The notes beneath the pieces were generated by a model. It was not told the DNA's origin. It did not search any database and saw only the letters and a list, made by a program, of their open reading frames with translations. A stretch of DNA of 64,000 bases from Ruminobacter sp. (GTDB taxonomy: Bacteria > Pseudomonadota > Gammaproteobacteria > Enterobacterales > Succinivibrionaceae): the NCBI GenBank assembly GCA_036311285.1, contig JAXJQF010000006.1, positions 6,144 to 70,143 on the forward strand. Direction: 5' to 3'. Each line of letters opens with the position of its first letter. Within the stretch, counting starts at the first letter, position 1. Below, piece by piece: positions 26,729 through 36,141 of the stretch. The position numbers and the translations under genes were made by a program.

Positions 26729-28162
26729 ATGCTTACATATTCTTTCTCTGATATAGGATCAGATTCTTTATATGAACATTTGTATAAATGTATTAGAAAC
26801 GATATAACACAAGGGATTCTAAAACCAGGTGACAAACTACCATCTAAGCGAACTTTTGCAAAGAATCTGGGGATAAGTGTTATTACTATTGAGAATGCTT
26901 ATGACCAGTTAATCTCAGAGGGATACGTTTATTCTATTTGTAAAAAAGGATACTTTGTTGCTGACTTTTTAAAAAACATTAAGGTAAAGATTGAGGCTTC
27001 GCATCAATTAAATACAAGCATTCAAGAATCTGACCCTTTGTATATTGCTGATTTTGTTAGTAATAGAACCTTAAAGGAGTATTTTCCTTTCACTATTTGG
27101 GCGAAAATATTAAGAGAATGTTTGCATGATTATCAAGATAAGGTGTTAGTTAATACACCAAGTGGAGGAGCCTTAGTTCTTAGAAAAGCAATTGCCAAAC
27201 ATTTGCATGATTTTAGAGGGATGAATGTTGATCCTGAACAAATAGTAGTTGGGACTGGTACAGAGTATTTATACGGTCAGATTGTACAACTTTTAGGACA
27301 TGACAAAATATATGGAGTAGAAGACCCTGGCTATTTTAAGATGGCTTCTGTTTATGAGGCTAATGGTGTAAAGGTTAAGTATATTAAAATGGATTCAGAT
27401 GGTATTAGTGTAAAAGAACTTGAGAATGAAAATATCTCTGTAGCGCATATATCTCCATCTCATCAATTTCCAACAGGAGTTATTACTTCGATAAGTAAAA
27501 GATATGAACTTTTAAGCTGGGCAGCAAAGGCTGATAATAGATATATTATTGAAGATGATTATGATAGTGAATTTAGAATGATTGGTAGACCTATTCCATC
27601 TCTACAAAGTATTGATACTATTGAAAAGGTTATTTATCTAAATACCTTTTCAAAATCTATAACTCCAACGTTAAGAATCAGCTATATGGTTCTACCAAAG
27701 CAATTAGTGAACTTGTATTACAAAAAACTTTCATTTTATTCATGTCCGGTTACTACATTAATTCAAATTGCATTGGCAAGATTTATTAGTGAAGGGTATT
27801 TTGAAAAGCATATTAATAGAATGCGAAATTATTATAAGAAGCAAAGAGATCTTTTAGTTAATTTGTTTAATGAAAGTGAAGTAAGAGACCGTGTAAAGAT
27901 TTGTGAAGAGGATGCTGGACTTCATTTTGTTATACGATTAGATATCGAGATGCCAGATAAAGAGTTCGTGGATGTAATGTTAAGGAACAGTATTAGGCTT
28001 AGTGCTCTATCTGAATATTACTTTAATAATCAAAATAAATCGGAACATGCGTTTGTAATTAATTATTCATCATTAACTGTAGACCAAATTAGAAAGGCTA
28101 TAGATGTTATGACTAAGGTGATAGTGCAGTGTAAAAGTAAGAAAAAAATTAACAAAACATAG
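26729..28162 (+). CDS. pdxR: MocR-family transcriptional regulator PdxR (GntR wHTH + fold-type I aminotransferase-like domain)
   Basis: N-terminal GntR HTH (LPSKRTFAKNLGISVITIENAYDQLISEGYV). Large AAT-like domain with the YLNTFSKSITPTLRISY PLP-Lys region. It is divergent from pdxST. GGAG lies 8 nt before ATG 26729. Confidence 0.85.
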   Translation: MLTYSFSDIGSDSLYEHLYKCIRNDITQGILKPGDKLPSKRTFAKNLGISVITIENAYDQLISEGYVYSICKKGYFVADFLKNIKVKIEASHQLNTSIQESDPLYIADFVSNRTLKEYFPFTIWAKILRECLHDYQDKVLVNTPSGGALVLRKAIAKHLHDFRGMNVDPEQIVVGTGTEYLYGQIVQLLGHDKIYGVEDPGYFKMASVYEANGVKVKYIKMDSDGISVKELENENISVAHISPSHQFPTGVITSISKRYELLSWAAKADNRYIIEDDYDSEFRMIGRPIPSLQSIDTIEKVIYLNTFSKSITPTLRISYMVLPKQLVNLYYKKLSFYSCPVTTLIQIALARFISEGYFEKHINRMRNYYKKQRDLLVNLFNESEVRDRVKICEEDAGLHFVIRLDIEMPDKEFVDVMLRNSIRLSALSEYYFNNQNKSEHAFVINYSSLTVDQIRKAIDVMTKVIVQCKSKKKINKT

Positions 28163-28169
28163 CTTGTTT

Positions 28170-28205
28170 AGTCTTCGTTTTTATTTAAAATTTAAGACTT
28201 TTTTC
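28170..28205 (+). terminator. Weak terminator-like hairpin after pdxR
   Basis: AGTCTT...AAGACT: 6-bp stem with an 18-nt loop, followed by TTTTTT. Confidence 0.35.
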
Positions 28206-28263
28206 AACTTTAAGTATAATATATAATGTGTTAGTTTTGTGTTTTCTAAAAGAGAGTAGGTTT

Positions 28264-28962
28264 ATGAAAATTTGTACAAATACAGTAGTTACTGTTGATT
28301 TTGTGGTTACAGATGAAAAAGGCCAAGTATTAGATACTAATGGCGATGAATCAATGGAAATATTAATTGGTCATTCTCATATTATTCCTGGTTTAGAAGA
28401 TGCATTATTAGGAAAAGAAAAGGGTGATCGTGTTGATGTAATGATAGGCCCTGATAGAGGTTATGGTATGCCTGACCCTAGATTGATTCAAACAATTGAT
28501 AAAAGTTTGTTTGATGGTATGCCTTTAAATGTAGGTGATACATTTTTAGCAGACACAGAATTAGGTCAAAAACCAATTGTAGTTAAAGAAATTCATGAAG
28601 ACCATGTTGTAGTTGATGGTAATCATCCATTAGCAGGCAAGACTTTAAAGTACATGGTTGATATCTTAGAAGTAAGAGATGCAACAGATTCAGAAGTAGA
28701 ACATGGACATGTTCACGGTGCAGGAGGCTGTTGTGGTGGTCATCATGGACATGGTGGGTGCTGTGGTCGTCATAAGCATCACGAACACCATGAAGAGCAC
28801 GAATGTTGCTGTGGTGGACATCATGCTCATGATGAAGAACACGAATGCTGCTGTGGTCATCATGAACACGGTGAAGAACATGAATGCGGTTGTCATGAAG
28901 GCCACGAATGTACTTGTGGTAACGATTGTAAGTGTGATGATGAGTGTACTTGTAAAAAGTAA
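28264..28962 (+). CDS. slyD: FKBP-type peptidyl-prolyl isomerase / metallochaperone SlyD with long Cys/His-rich tail
   Basis: FKBP + IF domain strings shared with E. coli SlyD (HVVVDGNHPLAGK.L.., EVRDAT..E..HGHVHGA). It ends in an 86-aa His/Cys tail. ATG 28264 starts the conserved MK... N-terminus; the ORF opens at 28228. Confidence 0.9.
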   Translation: MKICTNTVVTVDFVVTDEKGQVLDTNGDESMEILIGHSHIIPGLEDALLGKEKGDRVDVMIGPDRGYGMPDPRLIQTIDKSLFDGMPLNVGDTFLADTELGQKPIVVKEIHEDHVVVDGNHPLAGKTLKYMVDILEVRDATDSEVEHGHVHGAGGCCGGHHGHGGCCGRHKHHEHHEEHECCCGGHHAHDEEHECCCGHHEHGEEHECGCHEGHECTCGNDCKCDDECTCKK

Positions 28963-29008
28963 TTTAAATACAGTACAAATATAAAATTAAATAAATTTAG
29001 ATTAAATT

Positions 29009-29040
29009 AAAGACCAAGTGATTTTGCTCCTTGGTCTTTT
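29009..29040 (+). terminator. Terminator after slyD
   Basis: AAAGACCAAG-(11 nt)-CTTGGTCTTT followed by T. Confidence 0.7.
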
Positions 29041-29052
29041 GAGTAAGAAAAA

Positions 29053-30555
29053 ATGAAATATATTATTAAATTTTTCCCTGAAATGATTGTAAAAAGTAAA
29101 TCTGTTAGACTTCATATGTCTAGAGTTTTACAAAGAAATATTCGAAATGTACTTACAAGACATTCAATCACAGTAAAAGTTCAGGATTGCTGGGATAAGT
29201 TAGTAGTAAGATTAGATGAAGAAAATACACCTTCTCAAATTGATCCAAAGGAAATCGCTAACTATTTAGTTAATATTCCAGGCATACAATCAATATTAGA
29301 GGTTGAAGAATACCAATATACTAGTATTCATGAAATTTACGAACACACTGCTAAAATTTATGGTTCTCAAATTGAGGGTAAAACCTTTTGTGTTCGCGTA
29401 AAGAGAAAAGGAAATCAGGATTTTACATCTATAGATGTTGAAAAATATGTTGGAGGTGGCTTAAATCAACATTTTAAATCGAATGGTGTAAGATTAAAGA
29501 ATGCTGATATGACAATAAACTTAGAATTAGATTTTGATAAGCTATTCTTAGTTACTAATATTTATCAAGGTTTAGGTGGTTATCCTTTATCAACTCAAGA
29601 AGATGTATTAAGTTTAATATCAGGTGGTTTTGATTCAGGAGTTTCAACATATAAGTTTATAAAGAGAGGGTGTAAGGTTCATTATATCTTCTTCAACATG
29701 GGTGGGACTGCTCATGAAATTGGAGTTAAGCAGGAAAGTTTTTATCTTTGGGATAAATTTGGCTCATCTCATAAGGTTAAGTTTGTGACTGTTCCTTTTG
29801 AAGAAATGATAGGGGAAATATTAACTAAAACTGACCATAGCGTACGTGGTGTTATTTTAAAAAGAATGATGATGCGAGTTGCTTCAGTTGTAGCTAAGAG
29901 AATGGGGGTTAAAGCATTAGTTACTGGTGAAAGTATTGGTCAGGTATCAAGTCAGACCTTAACGAATTTATCTGTAATTGATGGAGTTGCAGATGCAATG
30001 ATTTTAAGACCGTTGATTGTAAGTGATAAGCAAGACATTATTGACGAAGCAAGAAAGATTGGTACTGTTCACTTTGCTGAATCAATGCCTGAATATTGTG
30101 GTGTTATCTCTGATCGTCCAACTGTAAAAGCTGATGTAAATTTTGTTGAGGCTGAAGAAAGTAAGATTGATATGTCTTTAATTGAAAAGCTTGCTGATTT
30201 ATCTAAGTGGATGGATATTAGAGATATTCCAGAGGATACAAAACAAATTATTGGTGGCGATGTAGAGGCTGTTGAATTTGCTGCATCTAATGAAGTTGTT
30301 GTTGATATTCGTTCACAGGATGAAATCGATAAGAAAGAACTAGTTACAGATAAACCTCATTTAGAAATTCCATTCTTTAAGATTGCATCAGTATTTAAGG
30401 ATTTAGATAATACTAAGACTTACTTATTGTACTGTGATAAAGGTGTAATGAGTAAGATGCAAGCTATGTATCTAAGAGAACAAGGGTTCTTAAACGTTAA
30501 GGTTTATAGACCACGTGAAAAGAGTGTAGGCTGTGGATGTCTGTCTTGTAACTAA
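29053..30555 (+). CDS. thiI: tRNA 4-thiouridine synthase / sulfur carrier ThiI (with rhodanese domain)
   Basis: Collinear with E. coli ThiI (KFFPEM.VKS.SVR, KTFCVRVKR.G, LSLISGGFDSGVS PP-loop, GESIGQVSSQTL, MPEYCGVIS). The rhodanese Cys lies in LLYCDKGVMS. Confidence 0.95.
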   Translation: MKYIIKFFPEMIVKSKSVRLHMSRVLQRNIRNVLTRHSITVKVQDCWDKLVVRLDEENTPSQIDPKEIANYLVNIPGIQSILEVEEYQYTSIHEIYEHTAKIYGSQIEGKTFCVRVKRKGNQDFTSIDVEKYVGGGLNQHFKSNGVRLKNADMTINLELDFDKLFLVTNIYQGLGGYPLSTQEDVLSLISGGFDSGVSTYKFIKRGCKVHYIFFNMGGTAHEIGVKQESFYLWDKFGSSHKVKFVTVPFEEMIGEILTKTDHSVRGVILKRMMMRVASVVAKRMGVKALVTGESIGQVSSQTLTNLSVIDGVADAMILRPLIVSDKQDIIDEARKIGTVHFAESMPEYCGVISDRPTVKADVNFVEAEESKIDMSLIEKLADLSKWMDIRDIPEDTKQIIGGDVEAVEFAASNEVVVDIRSQDEIDKKELVTDKPHLEIPFFKIASVFKDLDNTKTYLLYCDKGVMSKMQAMYLREQGFLNVKVYRPREKSVGCGCLSCN

Positions 30556-30563
30556 TTAGAACA

Positions 30564-30595
30564 AAAATAAGGTGCTTTGGTAGCACCTTATTTTT
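30564..30595. terminator. Bidirectional terminator between convergent thiI and yajL
   Basis: AAAATAAGGTGCT-TTGGT-AGCACCTTATTTT. Confidence 0.8.
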
Positions 30596-30624
30596 ATTGT
30601 TTATTCTTTATAAAATTATTGTTT

Positions 30625-31185
30625 TTATTTAAGAAGCAAGTTTGTTGCAACTTTGTCTGCAGTATCTTGATCTTGAATCGTTGCAAGGATTTCTAAAGCA
30701 AATTCAATTGCAGTGCTTGGGCCTTTGGAAGTGATAATCTTGTGTTCTTTATCGTGAACCACTTTTGCATCTACAAAGTTTTCGATGTTATCACAGCATC
30801 CAGGATAACCAGTAGCTTTTACGTCTTTGGTAATAATGCTATGAGTTGCTAACACAAAACCGGGAGCTGCACAGATTGCAGCAATGTATTTGTTGTTTTG
30901 TTGTTGTTCCTTTAGTTTTTCAATCAAGTCCTTTGAATCTCTGCATACTAAAGAACCATTGTATCCACCAGGGATAATAATAACGTCATATTCATTGTGT
31001 TTACATGAGTCGAAGTGTGTATGAGCAATGATAGTATTAATGTGAGCACATTTTATAGTTGTTGATTTATCGTCTGTAAGTGCTGCAATTGTAACGTCAA
31101 CATTGCCTCTTTTTAATACATCTGATACTGCAACTGATTCGATATCTTCAGAACCATTTGCAATAACTAATAAAGCATTTGCCAT
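30625..31185 (-). CDS. yajL: DJ-1/PfpI family protein YajL (ThiJ)
   Basis: Nucleophile-elbow AAICAAP, plus DVIIIPGG. The conserved thiI / yajL-panE neighbourhood matches E. coli. Confidence 0.85.
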   Translation of the reverse strand: MANALLVIANGSEDIESVAVSDVLKRGNVDVTIAALTDDKSTTIKCAHINTIIAHTHFDSCKHNEYDVIIIPGGYNGSLVCRDSKDLIEKLKEQQQNNKYIAAICAAPGFVLATHSIITKDVKATGYPGCCDNIENFVDAKVVHDKEHKIITSKGPSTAIEFALEILATIQDQDTADKVATNLLLK

Positions 31186-31285
31186 GTTTATTCCTTTTAT
31201 GATTTTGTGAAAATAATTTTGCTGATACTAAATATTGTTATGATAATTGATGTATAAAAAAAAACTTTGAGTTTTGTTTGAATTC

Positions 31286-32224
31286 TTATTTTGACTCTGT
31301 TTTTGATAACTTGTTGTATAAATCTAGGGTAAAGTTTAAGGATATGTTATTTTCTTTAGCCTTTTGTAGAATAGGAAGTAAGATATATTGAAGTTCAGAT
31401 TTTCTATTATTAGAAAAATCTTGTTGCATAGATGAGTAGTTGTTGTGGGTGTTGTGTATAACTTTTAAAATAGCATCAGTCATCTCATTTTTGGTTAAAT
31501 TTAGCCCCATAAGAGTTAGAGGAGTGTAAATTTCGTTAATTACATTCTCTATATCTTTCATATGTTGTAATAATTCTCCATTTTTACATGAGTGTAGAGC
31601 ACTTAGAGGATTGATCACAGCATTAATGCTTAGCTTTAATAGCATTTTTATTGTTATATTATTTGTAAACTTAGTATCTTTTAAAGTTTTAAAAATGTTT
31701 TTAACTAATGATATTGATGCTTTGCTCGTATACGGGGTAGCACATCCTATAAATGTTATTCCGTGTCCTGCATGAGTAACAGTATTTGTAGTTTTATAAG
31801 CTCCATGAGTAGTAGAACCAAAGAATAGTTTTTTTAATATGTTTTTATCTTTAATTTTATTATGAAAACCATAACCATTGCATACTGTTAAAAGTAAGCA
31901 ATTATTTGATAGATAAGGTGTAATGGAGTTAATAGTTTGTGAAATATCAAAGCTTTTCGTTGTAATTAATACAAGGTCCGCGTCTTTAATACTGTTGATA
32001 CTTTTAACAACGCTATTAAATGATTTTTTTAGACTGTTAGTTTGGGGAGAACTATAGTAGCTAAACTTAAAATTTTTCTCACCATTGGGAAGGCGTTTTC
32101 TTGTTTCTACGAAATAAAGGCTAAGCAATTTATTTTTACAAAGTAGCGAGTAAAAAAGCATCCCCATTGAACCTGCTCCGATTATAGCTATCTTAGTTTT
32201 TCTTGCTTGTTTTCGATTAGTCAT
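31286..32224 (-). CDS. panE: 2-dehydropantoate 2-reductase
   Basis: Rossmann motif KIAIIGAGSMG, KLSINAVINPLSALHSCKNGEL, and SSMQQD....R.SE. It lies downstream of yajL as in E. coli. Confidence 0.8.
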   Translation of the reverse strand: MTNRKQARKTKIAIIGAGSMGMLFYSLLCKNKLLSLYFVETRKRLPNGEKNFKFSYYSSPQTNSLKKSFNSVVKSINSIKDADLVLITTKSFDISQTINSITPYLSNNCLLLTVCNGYGFHNKIKDKNILKKLFFGSTTHGAYKTTNTVTHAGHGITFIGCATPYTSKASISLVKNIFKTLKDTKFTNNITIKMLLKLSINAVINPLSALHSCKNGELLQHMKDIENVINEIYTPLTLMGLNLTKNEMTDAILKVIHNTHNNYSSMQQDFSNNRKSELQYILLPILQKAKENNISLNFTLDLYNKLSKTESK

Positions 32225-32364
32225 ATTTATTTTATGTACGTATAATAAAACTGTATTTTACTCTTCTTTGAAGAGGTAATCAAAATTTATATATACATAT
32301 TCATATTGTAAAGTTTTACATGCTATAATTTTGAAATTAGAGTTTATTTGGGTGTATTTTATAT

Positions 32365-32580
32365 ATGGAAAATCAAAGCATTACTGATAAAAACGTAAGT
32401 TTTGAGGATAAGTTACTAAAGTTAGAAGAAATCGTTGCTAAAATGGAAACTGGTAATCTTTCCTTAGAAGATCAAATTAAGTTCTATAAGGAAGGGGTGG
32501 AACTAGCTGCTGAATGTAAGGTTTCTATAGAAAACGCCTATGAACAGGTTAAACAAATAAATGAGGTTTCTCAAAAATAG
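32365..32580 (+). CDS. xseB: Exodeoxyribonuclease VII small subunit
   Basis: 71 aa, with FEDKLLKLEEIVAKMETGNLSLEDQIKFYKEG typical of XseB. xseB-ispA-dxs order. Confidence 0.9.
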   Translation: MENQSITDKNVSFEDKLLKLEEIVAKMETGNLSLEDQIKFYKEGVELAAECKVSIENAYEQVKQINEVSQK

Positions 32581-32651
32581 TTTCAGTAAATAAGTTAAGA
32601 AGTTTTATACAATAATTTAAAATTTATATTACACAAAATATAGGAAAAAAA

Positions 32652-33533
32652 ATGGAATTAAAGCCAGCAATTGTCGCTTGTCAAAATGTTGTTAACGCAA
32701 AATTAAAGGAATATATATCTACAATTCCAAGCCCAGCAAATAAGTTAAACGAAGCAATGGAATATGCTTTACTCTTAGGAGGAAAAAGGGTAAGACCATT
32801 TTTAGTAATGACAGTAGCTAATATATTTGGTGTAAGTAACGAAAAGGCTGTAATTCCTGCATGTGCGATTGAATGTATTCATGCTTACTCATTGGTGCAT
32901 GATGACTTGCCTGCAATGGATGACGATGAGTTGAGAAGAGGTCATAAGACTGTTCATATTGCATTTGATGAAGCTACAGCTATTTTAGCTGGAGATGCGT
33001 TACAAACATTAGCATTTGATATTTTATCCAATGCAGATGATAAATTAGCTAATCAATTAAAGATGGTGTCAGTTCTTGCTAAAGCTAGTGGAGCTTATGG
33101 TATGTGTGGCGGACAAGAGCTAGATTTATTATCTGAGAATAAAAAGATTACACAAAGTGAACTTGAAAATGTTCACAAGCATAAAACTGGTGCTTTGTTA
33201 GAGGCAGCTGTTGAATTAGGTTTATTATCAGCAGAGAATGTTGATAAAACAACTTATGATGCGTTCATATCATATTCAAGAAAAATAGGTTTAGCTTTCC
33301 AAGTATGGGATGATGTGTTAGATATTATTTCTGATACAGAAACTCTTGGTAAGCAACAAGGTGCAGATTTAGAATTAAATAAGAGTACATATCCTAATAT
33401 TATGGGCCTTGAAAAAGCTAAGGAATATGCAAAAGAATTAGTAAAAAGTGCAATTGAAGATCTATCTAAGCTTTCATTAGATACAAAGATTTTGCAAGAC
33501 TTTGCAAAATATTTAGTTGAAAGGAATTTTTAA
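32652..33533 (+). CDS. ispA: Farnesyl diphosphate synthase
   Basis: First DDxxD region LVHDDLPAMDDDELRRG and second FQVWDDVLD. Confidence 0.93.
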   Translation: MELKPAIVACQNVVNAKLKEYISTIPSPANKLNEAMEYALLLGGKRVRPFLVMTVANIFGVSNEKAVIPACAIECIHAYSLVHDDLPAMDDDELRRGHKTVHIAFDEATAILAGDALQTLAFDILSNADDKLANQLKMVSVLAKASGAYGMCGGQELDLLSENKKITQSELENVHKHKTGALLEAAVELGLLSAENVDKTTYDAFISYSRKIGLAFQVWDDVLDIISDTETLGKQQGADLELNKSTYPNIMGLEKAKEYAKELVKSAIEDLSKLSLDTKILQDFAKYLVERNF

Positions 33534-33534
33534 C

Positions 33535-35397
33535 ATGGGGTCTAAATATACTTTATTAGATACAATTTCATCTCCAGTAGACTTAAGACGTTTGAAGGTA
33601 GAGGAGTTGGACCAATTAGCAAAGGAATTAAGAGAATTCTTACTCGATACAGTAAGTAAGACCTCTGGTCATTTGTCTTCTGGATTGGGGGTGGTTGAGT
33701 TAACTATTGCATTACATTACGTTTATGAAACCCCTTTTGACCAATTAGTATGGGATGTAGGTCATCAAGCATATCCACATAAAATACTAACTGGTAGAAA
33801 AGATCAAATGTCGTCTATTCGTAAGAAGGATGGTTTACATCCGTTCCTATGGAGAGTAGAAAGTGAATATGACGTATTCTCTACAGGACATGCTAGCACA
33901 TCTATTGGGCAAGCTCTAGGTCTAGCGATTGCTAATAGAACTTTAAATAACCGTAAGAAGGTTGTTGCTGTTATTGGTGATGGAGCGTTAAGTGGTGGAG
34001 TTGCATTTGAAGCCTTAAATCATGCTGGTGGATTGAAGGAAAATATGTTAATTATCTTAAATGATAATGAAATGAGTATCTCAGAAAGTGTTGGAAGTTT
34101 AACTAAACATTTAGCCATGCTTTTAAGTAGTCCATCATATGAAAAAATTATCTCTCAAGGCGAAAAGGCTTTGGATTTTGTTCCTAAGATAAAGGATTTT
34201 GCTGTAAAGGCTCATGAACATTTAAAGGGGATGGTAACACCTGGTACTTTATTTGAAGAATTAGGGTTTAACTATGTAGGTCCAATTGATGGACATGATC
34301 TTCCTACTTTGATTTCTGTTTTAAAAAACATGAAGGAGTTGTCAGGACCTCAGCTTTTACATGTAGCAACAAAGAAAGGCAAGGGTTATGAACCTGCAGA
34401 AAAGAATCCAACGATGTATCATGGTGTGGATTGTTTTGATTTAGAAGAAGGGGTTGTTGAAAAGCAAGATTGCCAAACTTTCTCAAGGACATTTGGAGAA
34501 TGGTTATTAGAAACAGCTAAAAAGAACGATAAAGTTGTAGCTATTACCCCTGCAATGTGTCATGGCTCAGGAATGACAGATTTTGCGAAGCTTTATCCTA
34601 GCAGATATTTTGATGTTGCAATTGCAGAACAGCATGCTTTATTACTTGCTAGTGGTTTGGCTAGAGGTGGTTTAAAACCTGTTGTCTCTGTGTATTCAAG
34701 CTTCTTACAAAGAGCTTATGACCAAATAATACATGATGTTGCAATTCAAGATCTTCCGGTTGTGATTGCTGTAGATAGAGCAGGTGTAGTAGGTCAAGAC
34801 GGTCCAACACATCAAGGGGTTTTTGATATATCTTTCTTAAAATCAATACCAAACATGATTGTTGCAGCTCCAAGCAGTATTCAAGATTTTTGGGGAATGA
34901 TGAACGCAGCAATCAAATCAGAAAAACCAGTTGCTGTTCGTTATCCACGTGGTACTTCAATTGAGAATAAGCTCGAAAAGACAGAGGATGAAAGTAACTT
35001 AACTAAGTCTAAAACTTTAAAGGTTGGTCAGCATGTGGCGATCTTAGTTTGGGGACCTCTTGTTCATGAAGTTCTGCAAGCTGCTAAGGATTCAGAATAT
35101 GCCGTTATTGATATGAGAATGGTTAAACCAATCGATTATCAAAAACTTGATAAGATTGGAACAGAATGTGAATTTATTGTAACTGTGGAAGATGGGGTAA
35201 TTAATGGCGGTGTCGGTCAGGAAGTTGCTTCATACATCCAAGAAAAGTATCCAGCATGTATTGTTAAGAATATCGGTATACCTGACGAGTTTGTAGAACA
35301 GGATACCCCTACAGAAATCTATAAGAATTATAAGATGGATGGAAAGTCTGTTGTTAAACTATGCGATTTCTTGATGCATCAAAATAAAGAACATTAA
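33535..35397 (+). CDS. dxs: 1-deoxy-D-xylulose-5-phosphate synthase
   Basis: DVGHQAYPHKILTGR, TPP motif GDGALSGG...LNDNEMSI, and AEQHA. ATG 33535 starts the conserved ...YTLLDTI..P.DLR N-terminus; the ORF opens at 33517 inside ispA. Confidence 0.95.
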   Translation: MGSKYTLLDTISSPVDLRRLKVEELDQLAKELREFLLDTVSKTSGHLSSGLGVVELTIALHYVYETPFDQLVWDVGHQAYPHKILTGRKDQMSSIRKKDGLHPFLWRVESEYDVFSTGHASTSIGQALGLAIANRTLNNRKKVVAVIGDGALSGGVAFEALNHAGGLKENMLIILNDNEMSISESVGSLTKHLAMLLSSPSYEKIISQGEKALDFVPKIKDFAVKAHEHLKGMVTPGTLFEELGFNYVGPIDGHDLPTLISVLKNMKELSGPQLLHVATKKGKGYEPAEKNPTMYHGVDCFDLEEGVVEKQDCQTFSRTFGEWLLETAKKNDKVVAITPAMCHGSGMTDFAKLYPSRYFDVAIAEQHALLLASGLARGGLKPVVSVYSSFLQRAYDQIIHDVAIQDLPVVIAVDRAGVVGQDGPTHQGVFDISFLKSIPNMIVAAPSSIQDFWGMMNAAIKSEKPVAVRYPRGTSIENKLEKTEDESNLTKSKTLKVGQHVAILVWGPLVHEVLQAAKDSEYAVIDMRMVKPIDYQKLDKIGTECEFIVTVEDGVINGGVGQEVASYIQEKYPACIVKNIGIPDEFVEQDTPTEIYKNYKMDGKSVVKLCDFLMHQNKEH

Positions 35398-35417
35398 TAT
35401 TTTTAGGAGGATTTTAA

Positions 35418-35906
35418 ATGCCATCGTTTGATATTGTTTCAGAAATTCAAATGAATGAAGTTCGTAATGCCGTTGATAATGCTAATCGTGAAATCTCTTG
35501 TAGATTTGACTTTAAGGGAGTAGATGCATCTTTTGAATTAGTTGAAAAGGATAAGTTAATTAAATTAGGTGCTGATGCTGATTTCCAAATTAGACAAATG
35601 AATGATATTTTGAGAGACAAAATGTCAAAGAGAAATATTGATCCTGCTTCATTGGATTTCCAAGATGTAGAACAAAGCGGTAAAAGATTTAACGAGGTTG
35701 TTAAATTAAAGAGTGGGATCGATGCAGCAATGGCTAAGAAGGTGGTTAAGTGCATTAAGGATTCAAAGATTAAGGTTCAAACTCAAATTCAAGGTGAAAC
35801 AGTAAGAGTTACCGGCAAGAAGAGAGATGACCTTCAAGAAACAATTGCACTAATTAGAAAGAGTGAGTTAGGACAACCATTCCAATTTAATAACTTTAGA
35901 GATTAA
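35418..35906 (+). CDS. yajQ: YajQ family nucleotide-binding protein (UPF0234)
   Basis: MPSFDIVSE......[18 protein letters not shown]...FEL and C-terminal [12 protein letters not shown], nearly as in E. coli YajQ. Confidence 0.93.
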   Translation: MPSFDIVSEIQMNEVRNAVDNANREISCRFDFKGVDASFELVEKDKLIKLGADADFQIRQMNDILRDKMSKRNIDPASLDFQDVEQSGKRFNEVVKLKSGIDAAMAKKVVKCIKDSKIKVQTQIQGETVRVTGKKRDDLQETIALIRKSELGQPFQFNNFRD

Positions 35907-35939
35907 TATCTAATAAATGCACAACTAAGTGATAAAATT

Positions 35940-35975
35940 GAAGGAAAATCGTTATAATTGATTTTCCTTCTTTTG
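35940..35975 (+). terminator. Terminator after yajQ
   Basis: GAAGGAAAATC-(9 nt)-GATTTTCCTTC followed by TTTTG. Confidence 0.8.
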
Positions 35976-36141
35976 TATCTATGGTCTTTGTCTGTATATT
36001 AAGTGATAGGAATGATAAATAGTAGAAGCTAATCAATTAAAATAGATAACAGCTATAGATGATTGTAAAATCTTTGTACAAGATTATAATGCTAATTTTA
36101 TAGATATATCCAAATAAACAAAAATAATTAAAGCATAGATA

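Noticed and set aside
26617-26835. 72-aa minus-strand ORF across the pdxS-pdxR intergenic region
   Set aside because: It overlaps the pdxR N-terminal HTH coding region in antisense and runs through the promoter/operator region. It has no SD.
28690-28984. Two extra ORFs (71 aa minus strand, 93 aa plus strand in another frame) over the 3' end of slyD
   Set aside because: These are artefacts of the CAT/CAC/TGT/TGC/GAA codon repeats that encode the His/Cys/Glu tail. Their translations are M/T/V/F-rich nonsense, and the slyD frame is continuous with the conserved FKBP domain.
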